Shown here one piece after another: positions 16,350 through 27,481 of a stretch of DNA of 27,482 nt (positions are counted from its first letter, which is position 1; each line of letters opens with the position of its first letter). The DNA lies in NCBI GenBank assembly GCA_964486575.1, contig CAZANT010000001.1, positions 1-27,482 on the forward strand, read 5' to 3'. Below the pieces are notes generated by a model. That model saw only the letters and a program-made list of their open reading frames with translations, was not told the DNA's origin and did not search any database. This stretch comes from an uncultured Burkholderiaceae bacterium. Lineage in GTDB: Bacteria > Pseudomonadota > Gammaproteobacteria > Burkholderiales > Burkholderiaceae_C. The position numbers were made by a program, and so were the translations under genes.

Positions 16350-17579
16350 TCAGGCGCCATCGAACAAACTGGGTTCACTGGGCTGGGCCACCGAGGGCGC
16401 GTTGGTGTCCCCGTCTCCAGGACGCGCAAGTGAGCCGACCCGCACCCCCAGCAGCCGCAACGGCGGCCCGAGGTCCACCCGTTTCAAGCACAGGCCGGCC
16501 ACCCGCCGCAGGGTGGCCGCGTCGGCGCTGTGGCTGGCCATGGTCTGGTCGCGGGTCACGCTCTTGAAGTTGCCATAACGCAGCTTGATGCCCACGGTTC
16601 TTCCCACGTAGCCTTTGCGCTGCAGGTCGGCCGCGAGCTTGTCGCACAGCGCGGTGAGGATGCTGCCCAGCTCGGCGCGGTCGCGCACCGCATGCAGGTC
16701 ACGTTCAAAGGTGGTCTCGCGGCTCATCGATACCGGCTCACTCTCGGTCACCACCGGCCGGTCGTCGCGACCCCAGGCGGCGTCGAACAGCCAAGCACCG
16801 TAGCTCTTGCCGAAGTGCTCTACCAGCCAGGGCCGTTCGCGATGGGCGATGTCGCCAATCGTGGTCAGGCCGAACGCCTTGAGCTTCGCTTCGGCCTTGG
16901 GGCCGATGCCATTGATTTTTCTGCAGGGCAGGGGCCAGATTTTGGTGGCCAGATCGTCGGCCACCACAATGGAGATGCCCTGGGGCTTGTTGAACTCGCT
17001 GGCCATCTTGGCCAGCAGCTTGTTGGGCGCTACACCAATGGAGCAGGTGAGCCCGGTGGCTTCCAGAATGCTTCTCTGGATGAGCCGCGCCAGGACCCTG
17101 CCGCCTTCACGCTGTCCGCCCGGCACGGCGGTGAAGTCAATGTAGACCTCATCCACCCCCCGGTCTTCCATCAGCGGCGCAATCTCGGTGACGACGTCCT
17201 TAAAAGCGCGCGAAAACTTGCGGTACTCGTCAAAGTCCACCGGCAGCAAAACCGCCTGTGGGCAAAGTTTGGCGGCCTTCATCAGCCCCATGGCCGACCC
17301 GATGCCAAAAGTCCGTGCGGGGTAGGTGGCGGTGGTGATCACGCCGCGGCCCGTGTAGTTTTTCAGCAGGGGGAAGGCGTCCACCGGAATACGGTCCAGC
17401 GGTGTGTCAGCAAAGCGGGTCAGCAGTGCGTCGTCCAACCGACGCCGACTGCCGCCAATGACCACCGGCAAGCCCTTGAGCTGGGGGTAGCGCAGCAACT
17501 CGACCGATGCGTAGAACGCGTCCATGTCGAGGTGGGCAATGCGGCGCGGCAGTGTGGGCAAGGTGTCGGTGGCGGTCAC
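16350..17579 (-). CDS. dinB: Mirror copy: DNA polymerase IV
   Basis: Identical to 9904..11133. Confidence 0.93.
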   Translation of the reverse strand: MTATDTLPTLPRRIAHLDMDAFYASVELLRYPQLKGLPVVIGGSRRRLDDALLTRFADTPLDRIPVDAFPLLKNYTGRGVITTATYPARTFGIGSAMGLMKAAKLCPQAVLLPVDFDEYRKFSRAFKDVVTEIAPLMEDRGVDEVYIDFTAVPGGQREGGRVLARLIQRSILEATGLTCSIGVAPNKLLAKMASEFNKPQGISIVVADDLATKIWPLPCRKINGIGPKAEAKLKAFGLTTIGDIAHRERPWLVEHFGKSYGAWLFDAAWGRDDRPVVTESEPVSMSRETTFERDLHAVRDRAELGSILTALCDKLAADLQRKGYVGRTVGIKLRYGNFKSVTRDQTMASHSADAATLRRVAGLCLKRVDLGPPLRLLGVRVGSLARPGDGDTNAPSVAQPSEPSLFDGA

Positions 17580-17614
17580 GCCACAAGCCTATCGCAGTGC
17601 GGTGGCTGCCTGGA

Positions 17615-18772
17615 TCACACCGGGTAGGTGCCGGGCTGCAAAATGGTTTTGTCCACCTGATGGATCTGGGTACGACCGCAAAACGCCATCGTCAAATCCA
17701 GCTCTTTGTGGATGATTTCCAGCGCCTTGGTCACGCCGGCCTCGCCCATCGCGCCCAGGCCATAGAGGAAGGCCCGGCCAATGTAAGTGCCCTTGGCGCC
17801 AAGAGCCACGGCTTTCAACACGTCTTGCCCGCTGCGGATGCCGCCGTCCATGTGCACTTCAATCTTGCTGCCAACCGCATCAACGATTTCTGGCAAAGCG
17901 CTGATGGACGACGGTGCGCCGTCCAGTTGCCGGCCCCCGTGGTTGGAGACGATGAGCGCGTCTGCGCCGCTGTTGGCGGCGATGCGGGCGTCCTCAACGT
18001 CCTGGATACCTTTCAGGATCAGCTTGCCGCCCCAGCGCTTCTTGATCCATTCCACGTCGCCCCAGTTCAGCGCTGGATCGAATTGCTTGGCGGTCCATTC
18101 GCTCAAGGAGCCCATGTTGTCCACCCCGCTCACGTGACCCACGATGTTGCCGAACTGGCGTCGTGGCGTACCCGCCATGCCAAGGCACCATCGCGGCTTG
18201 GTCATCAGGTTCAGGATATTGGCCAGCGTGAGTTTGGGCGGGGCGCTGAGGCCATTCTTCAGATCCTTGTGGCGTTGGCCAAGGATCTGCAGATCCAGCG
18301 TTAGCACCAAGGCCGAGCAGTTCGCGGCCTTGGCACGGTCGATCAGCCGCTCGATGAAGCCGCGGTCCTTCATCACGTAGAGCTGGAACCAGAACGGGTG
18401 GCCGCCGGTCGCGCGCGAGACGTCTTCGATCGAGCAGATGCTCATGGTCGAAAGCGTGAACGGAATGCCGAACTTCTTGGCCGCCAACGCGCCCAGCATT
18501 TCGCCGTCGGCGTGCTGCATGCCGGTGAGACCCGTCGGTGCAATCGCCACTGGCATGGCCACGTCTTGGCCGACCATTTGGGTGGCCGTGCTTCGGCCCA
18601 CCATGTTCACCGCCACGCGCTGGCGCAGCAGGATCCTGGCGAAATCACTTTCGTTGGCCCGGTAGGTACTTTCCGTCCACGAGCCGGAATCGGCGTAGTC
18701 GTAAAACATGCGCGGCACGCGTTGCTGCGCCAGGACGCGCAGGTCTTCGATCTGGGTGATGACTTTGGCCAT
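17615..18772 (-). CDS. lldD: Mirror copy: FMN alpha-hydroxy-acid dehydrogenase
   Basis: Identical to 8711..9868. Confidence 0.86.
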   Translation of the reverse strand: MAKVITQIEDLRVLAQQRVPRMFYDYADSGSWTESTYRANESDFARILLRQRVAVNMVGRSTATQMVGQDVAMPVAIAPTGLTGMQHADGEMLGALAAKKFGIPFTLSTMSICSIEDVSRATGGHPFWFQLYVMKDRGFIERLIDRAKAANCSALVLTLDLQILGQRHKDLKNGLSAPPKLTLANILNLMTKPRWCLGMAGTPRRQFGNIVGHVSGVDNMGSLSEWTAKQFDPALNWGDVEWIKKRWGGKLILKGIQDVEDARIAANSGADALIVSNHGGRQLDGAPSSISALPEIVDAVGSKIEVHMDGGIRSGQDVLKAVALGAKGTYIGRAFLYGLGAMGEAGVTKALEIIHKELDLTMAFCGRTQIHQVDKTILQPGTYPV

Positions 18773-18947
18773 GCACAAATTATGGGTCGTTCGTGGGCGA
18801 TTGGCGGGGTTCACGATGGTCTGGATAAATTTTCAAACGGTATGTAAGTTTTTCTCGGCGGCCCTGACAGACGCTCAGCACCTGCACCTGGGCTCTGCAA
18901 CGGGCAGCAAGTGCGCTGCACCTGTTCACAACCCGATGGAGACCTGC

Positions 18948-19775
18948 ATGCGACCCGTTAATCGTGTCCCCCAGTGGCTGCGCCTGCCCATGGTGTTTGG
19001 CCTGATGGCCGTGCCGCTTTTGGCCCGGGCTGGGGCGTGGACGCCGAAAGAGGGTACGTCCTACAACAAGCTTTCGGTCAACAGTTTTTCAAGCGAGTCC
19101 TTTTATGGTGCCGCACCGGCAAACTTCCGCAAGTTCACCGACCGCAACCTCACCTACTACTTTGAGTACGGATTGCGAGACGACGTTGCCTTGTACGGCT
19201 CGGTTCCCTACAAACGCCTGAACAGCACCGATACCACCGGTGCACGCCAGCGCAACACCGGCGTGGGCGACATCGACCTGGGGTTGCGGTTCCGGCATGC
19301 GAGCGGGCCAACGGTGGTGTCCAGTTCGTGGTTGATCAAGGCGCCCTACGCCTACCGCGAGAACGACCCTGTGGCCCTCGGCAATGGCCAGACCGACCTT
19401 GAGTTTCGCTTGCAGTTGGGCCGCTCGCTGGGCAAGGCGGGCTACCTCGGTGCCGAGGCCGGGTTGCGCAAACGCTTCGGCGCACCGGCCGACGAATTCC
19501 GTTACCTTCTGGAGTACGGTGGCGACATCACGTCGCGCGTCTATGCCCGAACCAAGCTTGACGGCATCCAAGGGCTGGGCAACAGCGACCGCCGCGCGGT
19601 GAGTCCGGGCAACCCAACGCTGAACCTGGAGTTCGACCTGGCCAAGGTGGAGTTGACCGGTGGTGTCAGGCTCGGCCCGTCGTTGGCGGCAGAGTTCACC
19701 GTGACCCGCGACGTCTACGGCAACAACACCCTGCGCGGCACGGCCTACGGGCTGGCGCTGGTCTACGCCCGCTGA
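18948..19775 (+). CDS. Mirror copy: putative outer-membrane beta-barrel
   Basis: Identical to 7708..8535. Confidence 0.65.
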   Translation: MRPVNRVPQWLRLPMVFGLMAVPLLARAGAWTPKEGTSYNKLSVNSFSSESFYGAAPANFRKFTDRNLTYYFEYGLRDDVALYGSVPYKRLNSTDTTGARQRNTGVGDIDLGLRFRHASGPTVVSSSWLIKAPYAYRENDPVALGNGQTDLEFRLQLGRSLGKAGYLGAEAGLRKRFGAPADEFRYLLEYGGDITSRVYARTKLDGIQGLGNSDRRAVSPGNPTLNLEFDLAKVELTGGVRLGPSLAAEFTVTRDVYGNNTLRGTAYGLALVYAR

Positions 19776-19796
19776 ACTGGCGAGCGGCAGCGGAAC

Positions 19797-21278
19797 ATGG
19801 ACACATGGGTGTCGGCAGGGGTGTTGCTGGGCCATTTCGGCCTGCTGTTCGTCCTCTGTATTTACGGCGTGCACCGGCTGGTGCTGACTTGGCAGGCGCT
19901 CTGCACGCCGCCAGCCAGTACGGCGATTCTGGGGCCCGAATGCCTGCCCACAGTTACTGTGCAGTTGCCGGTTTTCAACGAACGTTTTGTGGTCGAGCGT
20001 TTGATCGATGCGGTCGCGGCGCTCGACTACCCGGCCGACCGCCTGCAGATCCAGGTGCTGGACGACTCCACCGACGACACCGTGGGCCTGGCTGCCGCCC
20101 GCGTGGCCTGGCATCGCGCCCGTGGCTGCTGGATTGACCACCTGCACCGCATCGACCGCACCGGCTACAAGGCCGGCGCTTTGGCCGCAGCGATGCCGCT
20201 GGCGAAAGGCGAATTCATCGCCATTTTTGACGCCGACTTTGTGCCCTCGCCCAACCTGTTGCGCGAAGCCATCGGCCCGTTCGGCGACTCCAAAGTCGGC
20301 ATGGTGCAGACGCGCTGGGCCCACCTCAACCGCCACTACAGCACGCTCACCGAGGTACAGGCGATCATGCTGGATGCGCACTTTGTGATCGACCAGCCAG
20401 CCCGTTACCAGACCGGCGCGTTTTTCAACTTCAACGGCACGGCAGGTCTCTGGCGCACCCAGGCGATCGCCGACGCGGGCGGCTGGCAGTGGGACACCAT
20501 CACCGAAGACCTCGACCTGAGCTACCGCGCCCAGTTGCACGGCTGGCGTTTTGTGTACCTGCAGCAGGTGGCCTGCCCAAGCGAGTTACCTGTGGAGATG
20601 AACGCCTTCAAAAGCCAACAGCACCGCTGGGCCAAAGGCGCCATTCAGGTGATGAAGAAGACCCTGCCTCTGGTCTGGCGGGCACCGCTGCCGCTGCGCC
20701 ACAAGCTGGAAGCCACGCTGCATTTGTCCAGCAACCTTGCCTACCTGCTGATGCTCATCCACGGCGCGGTCTTTCTCTTGCCAAGCATTGTCGTGCGCCA
20801 AGAGACCGGTTGGCTCGATACGCTGAGGTGGGTGGACCTGCCGCTGCTGGTGCTTGCCACGGGCAGCCATTTGCTGTTTTTTCTGGTCGGGCAGCGGCGG
20901 TTGTTCGGCAGCCTGGAGCAGCGCTGGGTGTACGTGCCAGCCTTGCTCGCTACCGCCGTTGGACTCGGGCTGAACAATGGCCGCGCGGTGCTCGAAGCCC
21001 TGCTGGGTCGCGAGAGCGCTTTCATCCGCACGCCCAAACTGGGTGAACATGCGATGCGCAACCATGGTCTGGCGGCCCGGCCACGCAGCTACGCCCAGCG
21101 CCTGCCCGGCTACGAGCTGTTTGAGGTGGCGCTGGCCTTGCTGTTTGGCTGCTACACCGTCTGGGCGGTGACGCTCGGGCAGTGGACGCTGGCGCCGTTT
21201 TTGCTGTTGTTCGTCTGGGGGCTGTTGTTCTCTGGCGGGCAAAGTCTGCGCGAGTGGCGCGTCAGGGCGGTCGCGTGA
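19797..21278 (+). CDS. Mirror copy: CslA-like GT2
   Basis: Identical to 6205..7686. Confidence 0.9.
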   Translation: MDTWVSAGVLLGHFGLLFVLCIYGVHRLVLTWQALCTPPASTAILGPECLPTVTVQLPVFNERFVVERLIDAVAALDYPADRLQIQVLDDSTDDTVGLAAARVAWHRARGCWIDHLHRIDRTGYKAGALAAAMPLAKGEFIAIFDADFVPSPNLLREAIGPFGDSKVGMVQTRWAHLNRHYSTLTEVQAIMLDAHFVIDQPARYQTGAFFNFNGTAGLWRTQAIADAGGWQWDTITEDLDLSYRAQLHGWRFVYLQQVACPSELPVEMNAFKSQQHRWAKGAIQVMKKTLPLVWRAPLPLRHKLEATLHLSSNLAYLLMLIHGAVFLLPSIVVRQETGWLDTLRWVDLPLLVLATGSHLLFFLVGQRRLFGSLEQRWVYVPALLATAVGLGLNNGRAVLEALLGRESAFIRTPKLGEHAMRNHGLAARPRSYAQRLPGYELFEVALALLFGCYTVWAVTLGQWTLAPFLLLFVWGLLFSGGQSLREWRVRAVA

Positions 21279-22591
21279 ACGTGGTGGGATACCGCGCCCA
21301 GGCGGCTCTGAACCTCGCGTTCGTGGCGGTGGCCGCTGGCGGCTGGTGGGTGGTTGTGGTGCCGCCGTCTTGGCGTGGCAGCGCCACCATGGTCTGGCAC
21401 CTGGCGTTGACGGGGCTGATGCTGGTCGGCTGGCGGCTGAGTTGCCAGTACCCGGACGCACCACAGCACGGCACGCTGCTGGCTGGCGTACTGGCCCGGT
21501 TGCTGGTGCTGGCGCTGCCGGCCTTCACCACCCACGACGTGGAGCGTTACCTGTGGGACGGTGCCGTGGCCCTGGCGGGCTTGGACCCCTACCGCGTCGC
21601 CCCCGACTCCCCCGCCGTCGCCAACCTGCGTGCGTTCTGGCCCACACCCGCCGAACACGCGGCCTACCCCACGCTCTACCCGCCTGGCGCCTTGGCACTG
21701 TTTGCGCTGTCGGCCACGGCGGGGCCGGTGTGGGGTGTCTGGGTGTGGAAGCTGTTGGCCTCCGCCGCCAGCCTGGCCACACTGTGGGTCATGCGGGACG
21801 TGCTGGTGCGCCAAGGGGCGGCGCAGCACTTGCCGCTGGTGGCTTTGTCGCCCTTGCTGCTGCTGGAAGCGGGCGTAGGTGCTCATGTGGACGCGGTCTC
21901 CACCCTGGCGCTGGCGCTGGGTCTGTGGGCCATCGTGACCTCCAGACCGCTGGCTGCGGGCGCAGCGCTGGGCATGGGCGCGCTGGTCAAGCTGGCGCCC
22001 TTGATGGCGGCGCTGCCGCTCGCGGTGGGCTTGTTGCAGCGTGCAGGCTGGCAGCAGGCGATGACGCTGAGCTTGGCGTTGCTCGCGGTGTTGGCGGGGG
22101 GCTACGGTGTGGCGCTGGTGTTGGGTCTGCAGCCGGTGGGCAGCTTGGGGGTGTTTTTCGCCAAGTGGCGCGGTGGCTCGCCGGTGTTTGCGGCACTCGC
22201 GTCGGTGGCGCGGCCCGAGGTGGCGGGCTCGCTGGCGGTTGGCTTGACGCTGGCTGGCCTGGCTTGGGCGGCACGGCTGGCGCGCACCCGCTGGGTCAGT
22301 GGCCTGCAACTCGCGCTGGCCGCGCCGCTGCTGTTCAGCCCGGTGGTGTTTCCCTGGTACCTGTGCCTGCTGGTCCCCGCCTTGGCTCTGCAACCCCGGG
22401 CTTGGCTGCTCGCCTGGGTGAGCGCGGTGCCGCTGGCCTATGAAGTGTTGGACCGCTTTGTCGGCGAGGGCGTGTGGCAACCCGCCGACTGGCCACTGTG
22501 GGCGGTGGCGCTGGCATGGCTGTTGGGGGCAGGTGTTGACAGGTGGCAACAGCGACGACAGCGCCAAACGAGGGAAAGTCATGTCGCCTGA
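21275..22591 (+). CDS. Mirror copy: GT-C/GT87-like membrane protein
   Basis: Identical to 4892..6208. Confidence 0.7.
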   Translation: MNVVGYRAQAALNLAFVAVAAGGWWVVVVPPSWRGSATMVWHLALTGLMLVGWRLSCQYPDAPQHGTLLAGVLARLLVLALPAFTTHDVERYLWDGAVALAGLDPYRVAPDSPAVANLRAFWPTPAEHAAYPTLYPPGALALFALSATAGPVWGVWVWKLLASAASLATLWVMRDVLVRQGAAQHLPLVALSPLLLLEAGVGAHVDAVSTLALALGLWAIVTSRPLAAGAALGMGALVKLAPLMAALPLAVGLLQRAGWQQAMTLSLALLAVLAGGYGVALVLGLQPVGSLGVFFAKWRGGSPVFAALASVARPEVAGSLAVGLTLAGLAWAARLARTRWVSGLQLALAAPLLFSPVVFPWYLCLLVPALALQPRAWLLAWVSAVPLAYEVLDRFVGEGVWQPADWPLWAVALAWLLGAGVDRWQQRRQRQTRESHVA

Positions 22592-23342
22592 CCCGTTGCA
22601 ACTGGCTGGGCTACGGCCCTGCGTGGCGGTGGTGCCCGCCTTCAACGAGGCCGACGCCATTGGTCGGGTGGTGCAGCAGGCACTGGCCCAGCGCATGGGC
22701 GGGGTGCCGGTGTTTGACCGCGTGGTGGTGGTGAACAACGGCTCCACCGACGACACCGCCGACCACGCCCGCGGGGCCGGGGCCCGGGTGGTGCTGCAAA
22801 CTGAGCGCGGCTACGGCGCGGCCTGCCTGGCCGGTGTGGCTGCGGTGCCGCATGCGCGGTGCCTGGTGTTCATCGACGGCGACGCGTCGGTGGACCTCAC
22901 CCAAACCGCCGATCTGCTGGCGCCCATGTTGGCTGGTGCCGACCTGGTGGTTGGCGCCCGGCACAACCCACCAGCCGACGCGATGGGTTTCCCGCAGCGG
23001 TTTGGCAACCTGCTGGCCAGCGCCCTGATACGACTGTTGTGGCGTGTGGCGGTGACCGATCTTGGGCCCTTCCGCGCGGTACGCGCCGATGCACTTCAAC
23101 GCATGGCGATGCGCGATCGGCGCTTTGGCTGGACAGTGGAAATGCAGGTGCGGGCGATCCAGGTTGGTCTGCAGATGGTGGAGGTGCCGGTGAGATTGTT
23201 GCCACGCATTGGCCGCTCCAAAATCAGCGGCACCGTCCGCGGTGTGATCGCTGCAGCCAAGGGGATTTTCGGCACCATTTGGCGGCTCTGGTGGGCAGAG
23301 CGGCACCCAGTGGTGCACCAGCGGCGCTCACCGCGTGGTTGA
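22581..23342 (+). CDS. Mirror copy: Dpm1-like GT2
   Basis: Identical to 4141..4902. Confidence 0.85.
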   Translation: MSPDPLQLAGLRPCVAVVPAFNEADAIGRVVQQALAQRMGGVPVFDRVVVVNNGSTDDTADHARGAGARVVLQTERGYGAACLAGVAAVPHARCLVFIDGDASVDLTQTADLLAPMLAGADLVVGARHNPPADAMGFPQRFGNLLASALIRLLWRVAVTDLGPFRAVRADALQRMAMRDRRFGWTVEMQVRAIQVGLQMVEVPVRLLPRIGRSKISGTVRGVIAAAKGIFGTIWRLWWAERHPVVHQRRSPRG

Positions 23343-25532
23343 AGCCAGCGCCGCGGTTCTCACCCCTGCGCCCCGTACCTCGATGCGCACGCTGTCCATC
23401 GTCTGGCCTCGCGCGTCCTGTAGCGAGAGAGTGTGTTTGCCCGGCCAGGGCAGCCATGCGATGCCGGCGCCACGTCCCAGGGGTTGGCCATCAAGTAGCC
23501 AGCGCACGGCGGGGCCACTGGCCTGCAGTTGCAGCCGCTGACGGTGGGGGGGAATGTCGGGGTCGAGCGCAACGATGGTGCCCGCGGTCGGGTGAACGAT
23601 TTTGGCTGGCAGGCTTGAGTCAGTTTTACTTGGAGCCCCAGTGGAATCCTGTAAAACTGCTCCTGAATCCATAGCAAATTTAGCCTGCGCCGTGCCGGGC
23701 AGAAACCACTCGTCGCGGGCCGCTTCGAGCCCGGGACCGAACTGCACAGCGGCGTGCTGCAGTCCAGCGGGCGGCACAGGTGTGCGGCTGGGTTCGTGCT
23801 GGTGCAGGAACTGCATCACCGCCGCCCACACCGGAGCGGCGCCGCTGGTGCCACTGACATCCCACATTGGCGCGCCGCTGGCGTTGCCGACCCACACGCC
23901 CACGGTGTAGCGGGACGAGTAGCCGAGTGCCCAGTTGTCGCGCAGGTCTTTGCTGGTGCCGGTTTTGACGGCGGTCCAGAAACGGGTGGATAGCACGCTG
24001 TCGGTGCCAAAGGTGCGGGCGCGGGCGTGGGGGTCGCTGAGGATGTCGGTGACGATGAAGGCAGCCCGCGGTTCGAGTGCTGCCTGCTTCGGCACGGTGG
24101 TGCCGGGGGTGAAGCGCACCGGCCCAGCGCGACCGCCGTTGGCCAATGCGCGGTAGGCATTGGTGAGGTTCAGCAGTGAAACCTCAGCGCTTCCCAGCGC
24201 CAGGCTGAAGCCGTAGTAGTCGCCGCTTTCTTTCAGCGGCAGGCCGAGCGACCGCAGTTGTTTGTGGAAGGCGTCGGGCGAGACCATGGCAAGGGTGCGG
24301 ACCGCCGGCACGTTGAGCGAAGCAGCCAAGGCGGTGCGCACCGACACCAAGCCCTTGAAGCGGTGGTCGTAGTTTTGCGGTACGTACAGGCCCCCGCCGG
24401 TGGCGATGTGGGTCGGTGTATCGTCGAGCAGCGAGGCAGCAGTGAGCCGCCGCTGGGCAATGGCCTGTGCGTACAAAAAAGGTTTGAGGGTGGAGCCGGG
24501 CTGGCGCAGCGCCAGGACGTGGTCCACCTCGGCGCTGGCGCTCAGCGGGCCGGACGAGCCGACCCACGCAAGCACCTCGCCGCTGGCGTTGTCGAGCACC
24601 AGCACCGCGCCGTCCTGTACATGGCGGCCGCGCAGCTCGCGCAGATGCTGTTGCAGGCTCTGGCTGGCAAAGCGTTGCAGCGGCGCGCGCAGGCTGGTGG
24701 CCAGCGTGGCCGTGCCAGGCGCAGCACTGTGCCGCAGCAGGTGCTGCGCCAGGTGCGGCGCCATGCCGTCGCTCGGCGCATAGGCCTTGCGTTGCAGCAC
24801 CAGCGCGGCGAAGGTGTCCAGCCCAGCGCAGTCCGGCATGGCGCTGGCCATGGTTTTCAGCAACGCGCAGGCGCGCTGGGTCACCTGGGCGGGCCGGGCA
24901 TTGGGTGCGCGAACCAGGGCGGCGGCCACAGCGGCTTCCCGGTCGTCCAGCCCGTGGGGGGCTTTGCCGAACAAGGTCTGGCTGAGTGCGTCGATACCGA
25001 CCAGCTCACCGCGCAGTGGCACCAGGTTGAGCCAGGCTTCCAAGATCTGGTCTTTGCGCCAGCGCCGCTCCAGCGCCTGTGCGGCCACGGTCTGGCCGAG
25101 CTTGGCGCCAAGGCTGCGACCGCCGGGCCGGTGCTGCAAGTCGTCGTCCAGCAGGCCAGCGAGTTGCATGGTGATGGTGGAGGCGCCCCGGGTTTTGCTG
25201 TGCCACAGGTTGCCCCAGGCAGCCGCTGAGACGGCGCGCCAGTCAATGCCACTGTGTTCGTAAAAGCGCCGGTCTTCCGACAGCAGCATGGCCTCGCGCA
25301 GCGCGGGCGACATGTCGGCCAGCGCCACCCACTGACCACGCCGTACCGTGACGTCGGTGCGCAGGCGTTGCAGGGGGTGGCCACTGCGGTCGGTCAACAG
25401 CACGTCGGACGGCCTGAAATCGGCCCTTATCGTGTCAAAAGCCGGGACGGCCCTAGCCGAATCTAATGGTATTACTATCAATAAGATAGCAGCCGCCTTT
25501 CGCAGCAGACGGGCTGTCTGGCGGGTGGTCAC
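23328..25532 (-). CDS. pbpC: Mirror copy: penicillin-binding protein 1C
   Basis: Identical to 1951..4155. Confidence 0.92.
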   Translation of the reverse strand: MTTRQTARLLRKAAAILLIVIPLDSARAVPAFDTIRADFRPSDVLLTDRSGHPLQRLRTDVTVRRGQWVALADMSPALREAMLLSEDRRFYEHSGIDWRAVSAAAWGNLWHSKTRGASTITMQLAGLLDDDLQHRPGGRSLGAKLGQTVAAQALERRWRKDQILEAWLNLVPLRGELVGIDALSQTLFGKAPHGLDDREAAVAAALVRAPNARPAQVTQRACALLKTMASAMPDCAGLDTFAALVLQRKAYAPSDGMAPHLAQHLLRHSAAPGTATLATSLRAPLQRFASQSLQQHLRELRGRHVQDGAVLVLDNASGEVLAWVGSSGPLSASAEVDHVLALRQPGSTLKPFLYAQAIAQRRLTAASLLDDTPTHIATGGGLYVPQNYDHRFKGLVSVRTALAASLNVPAVRTLAMVSPDAFHKQLRSLGLPLKESGDYYGFSLALGSAEVSLLNLTNAYRALANGGRAGPVRFTPGTTVPKQAALEPRAAFIVTDILSDPHARARTFGTDSVLSTRFWTAVKTGTSKDLRDNWALGYSSRYTVGVWVGNASGAPMWDVSGTSGAAPVWAAVMQFLHQHEPSRTPVPPAGLQHAAVQFGPGLEAARDEWFLPGTAQAKFAMDSGAVLQDSTGAPSKTDSSLPAKIVHPTAGTIVALDPDIPPHRQRLQLQASGPAVRWLLDGQPLGRGAGIAWLPWPGKHTLSLQDARGQTMDSVRIEVRGAGVRTAALASTTR

Positions 25533-27481
25533 TTGGCCGCCCCCACCTTCACGCGGGCGTTGGGCAATTCCCCGTAGACCTCAGGGGCGTACATCGCTTC
25601 CACCCGAGTGGGGGGCAGCGAAAAGTCGCCAACGTTGTTCAGGCGCACCGTGTATTCCACTTTGACCTTGCCTTTGGGCAGGTAGTCAAAGTAGCTGCGC
25701 AAGGCCTCGAAGCTGCGTTCTTCAAACACGGGTGACGCGTTGCCACTTTGTTTTTCGCCCTGGGTGGCGATCTCGGAGTCGCGCCCCAGGCCACCACCCA
25801 GAATGGTGGCGCCGCCAGGAATGGGGTCACTCACCACCACCCAGGTCATGTCGGCCGTGGCGTTGATCTCCAGCGTCACGCGGACGATGTCGCCGCGGTT
25901 GAATTGGCCTTTGACGGCTTGCTGGGTTGGCGTGACGGTTTTTTGGATCTGGTAGCCGGCGCTGAACGGCCGGGTCAGGGGCACCGCCGCCAGCGACTGC
26001 AGCGTGAGCCAGGGCTTGCCCGTGCCCTGCTGGGTAACGCTGAGTTGGTCTCCTGAAGTGTCTTTGCCCCAGGGCAGGGTCAGGGCCAGGGGGGACGGGC
26101 TGGCTGCCTTGGCCCAGTCCACGCTGCCGCGGGCGGCCGCCGTGCTGGCGCGCGTGGTGCCAGTGACTGGCGTGGACTCGAACCGGGCAGAAAACTTGCG
26201 CAAAGCCAGGCTGCCCCACAGGTTGGCGGTGGTGGTTCCCCAAGCGCCGCGCTGCTGGCGCGCCAGCAGGCCGGTGGCGAGCCGGCCGATGTCGCCCCGC
26301 CAGGCGGCATCGTCCATCACCGTGAGCAGCAGTTGCGCAGCGTTGGTGTCGGCGCTGGCCATCAGCCACCACCAGCCGTCGCTGGCGTCGGTGGAGAAGC
26401 CCGTCCGTGTGCCGTTGTAGGCCAGCCGGGCACGCAGGATTTGCATCGCTTCGGCCAGCCGCTCGGTGCGCTGCGGCGCGTCGGTGACCCGCTGCAGCAC
26501 GTTGGCCCAGTGCAGTACCGCATGGGTGGGCCACTGGTTCGGCGCCACGGTGATGCTGGTCAGCATGCGACCTTTGGCTTGGCCGCTGCGGGCCAGCGCG
26601 TCCAGCGCCGCGAGCTTGCGAACATCGAGGTCTTTTTGCGGGCTCCAGCCGCTGCGGTTGATGCGGCCTTCGACAAACGCCGTCAGGCCCTGCACCATCA
26701 GCGCGCGGGCGTCGGCTGGCAAGTCGAAGCGCGGGTCCTGGCTGGCGGCTTCTGCGCTGGCCAGCAGCAGGTAGGCGGTGAGCGCGTCGCTGCCGCGGTT
26801 GCCTTCACCGTCGCGTGGTGGGAAGTAGTTGGCCAAGCCGTCGGCGTCCAGGTAGCCCGGCAGCTGTGCCACCAGCGTTTGCCACAGCTTTGCGTCGCGC
26901 AGGCCAATGGCCTTGCTGGTTTTTTGCTCCAGACAGGTGTAAGGGTAGCGGGCGAACCAGTCTTCAACGCCAGGCAGGCTGTCGGCCAGTTTGGCCTGCA
27001 GACCCAGCCTGAGCCCTCCGCGGACCTGGCCGTTGGTCTGCAGCGCGTCCGGGGGTGGCTGTACGGGCAAGGTGAAGTTGCCATCCAATTGCACCAGCGT
27101 GGCTTGCTGGACCGTCATGGGCACGGCCGGCACGATGCGTTGGCTGGCTTTCAGCGCGTCCCGCGCCGGTGTGGTGCCCGTGGCGCCGGTTTCCCGCGCT
27201 TCGATCTCCCAGAGGATGGCCTCGGCGCGGGTGAAGGCCAGTTGCGCGGGGGCGTTGACGTCCCAGGTGACTTCTTTCGCTTCGCCCGCGGCAAGGTCCA
27301 CCGTCTGTGGCTGCAGGGTGAGCAGCGTCGCGCGCGGCGACACCGCCACTTTCATGGCCCGTGCTGTGGTGTTACGCAGGGTGAACTGGGCGCGGTACTG
27401 GTCTTCTTCGCGCACCAGCGGTGGCAAGCCGCTGATGATCTGCAGGTCCTGGGTGGCGCGGATGCTGGTCTGGCCGGTGCC
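25529..27481 (-). CDS. Mirror copy: alpha-2-macroglobulin C-terminal part (runs off the window end)
   Basis: Identical to 2..1954. Confidence 0.92.
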   Translation of the reverse strand, partial: GTGQTSIRATQDLQIISGLPPLVREEDQYRAQFTLRNTTARAMKVAVSPRATLLTLQPQTVDLAAGEAKEVTWDVNAPAQLAFTRAEAILWEIEARETGATGTTPARDALKASQRIVPAVPMTVQQATLVQLDGNFTLPVQPPPDALQTNGQVRGGLRLGLQAKLADSLPGVEDWFARYPYTCLEQKTSKAIGLRDAKLWQTLVAQLPGYLDADGLANYFPPRDGEGNRGSDALTAYLLLASAEAASQDPRFDLPADARALMVQGLTAFVEGRINRSGWSPQKDLDVRKLAALDALARSGQAKGRMLTSITVAPNQWPTHAVLHWANVLQRVTDAPQRTERLAEAMQILRARLAYNGTRTGFSTDASDGWWWLMASADTNAAQLLLTVMDDAAWRGDIGRLATGLLARQQRGAWGTTTANLWGSLALRKFSARFESTPVTGTTRASTAAARGSVDWAKAASPSPLALTLPWGKDTSGDQLSVTQQGTGKPWLTLQSLAAVPLTRPFSAGYQIQKTVTPTQQAVKGQFNRGDIVRVTLEINATADMTWVVVSDPIPGGATILGGGLGRDSEIATQGEKQSGNASPVFEERSFEALRSYFDYLPKGKVKVEYTVRLNNVGDFSLPPTRVEAMYAPEVYGELPNARVKVGAAK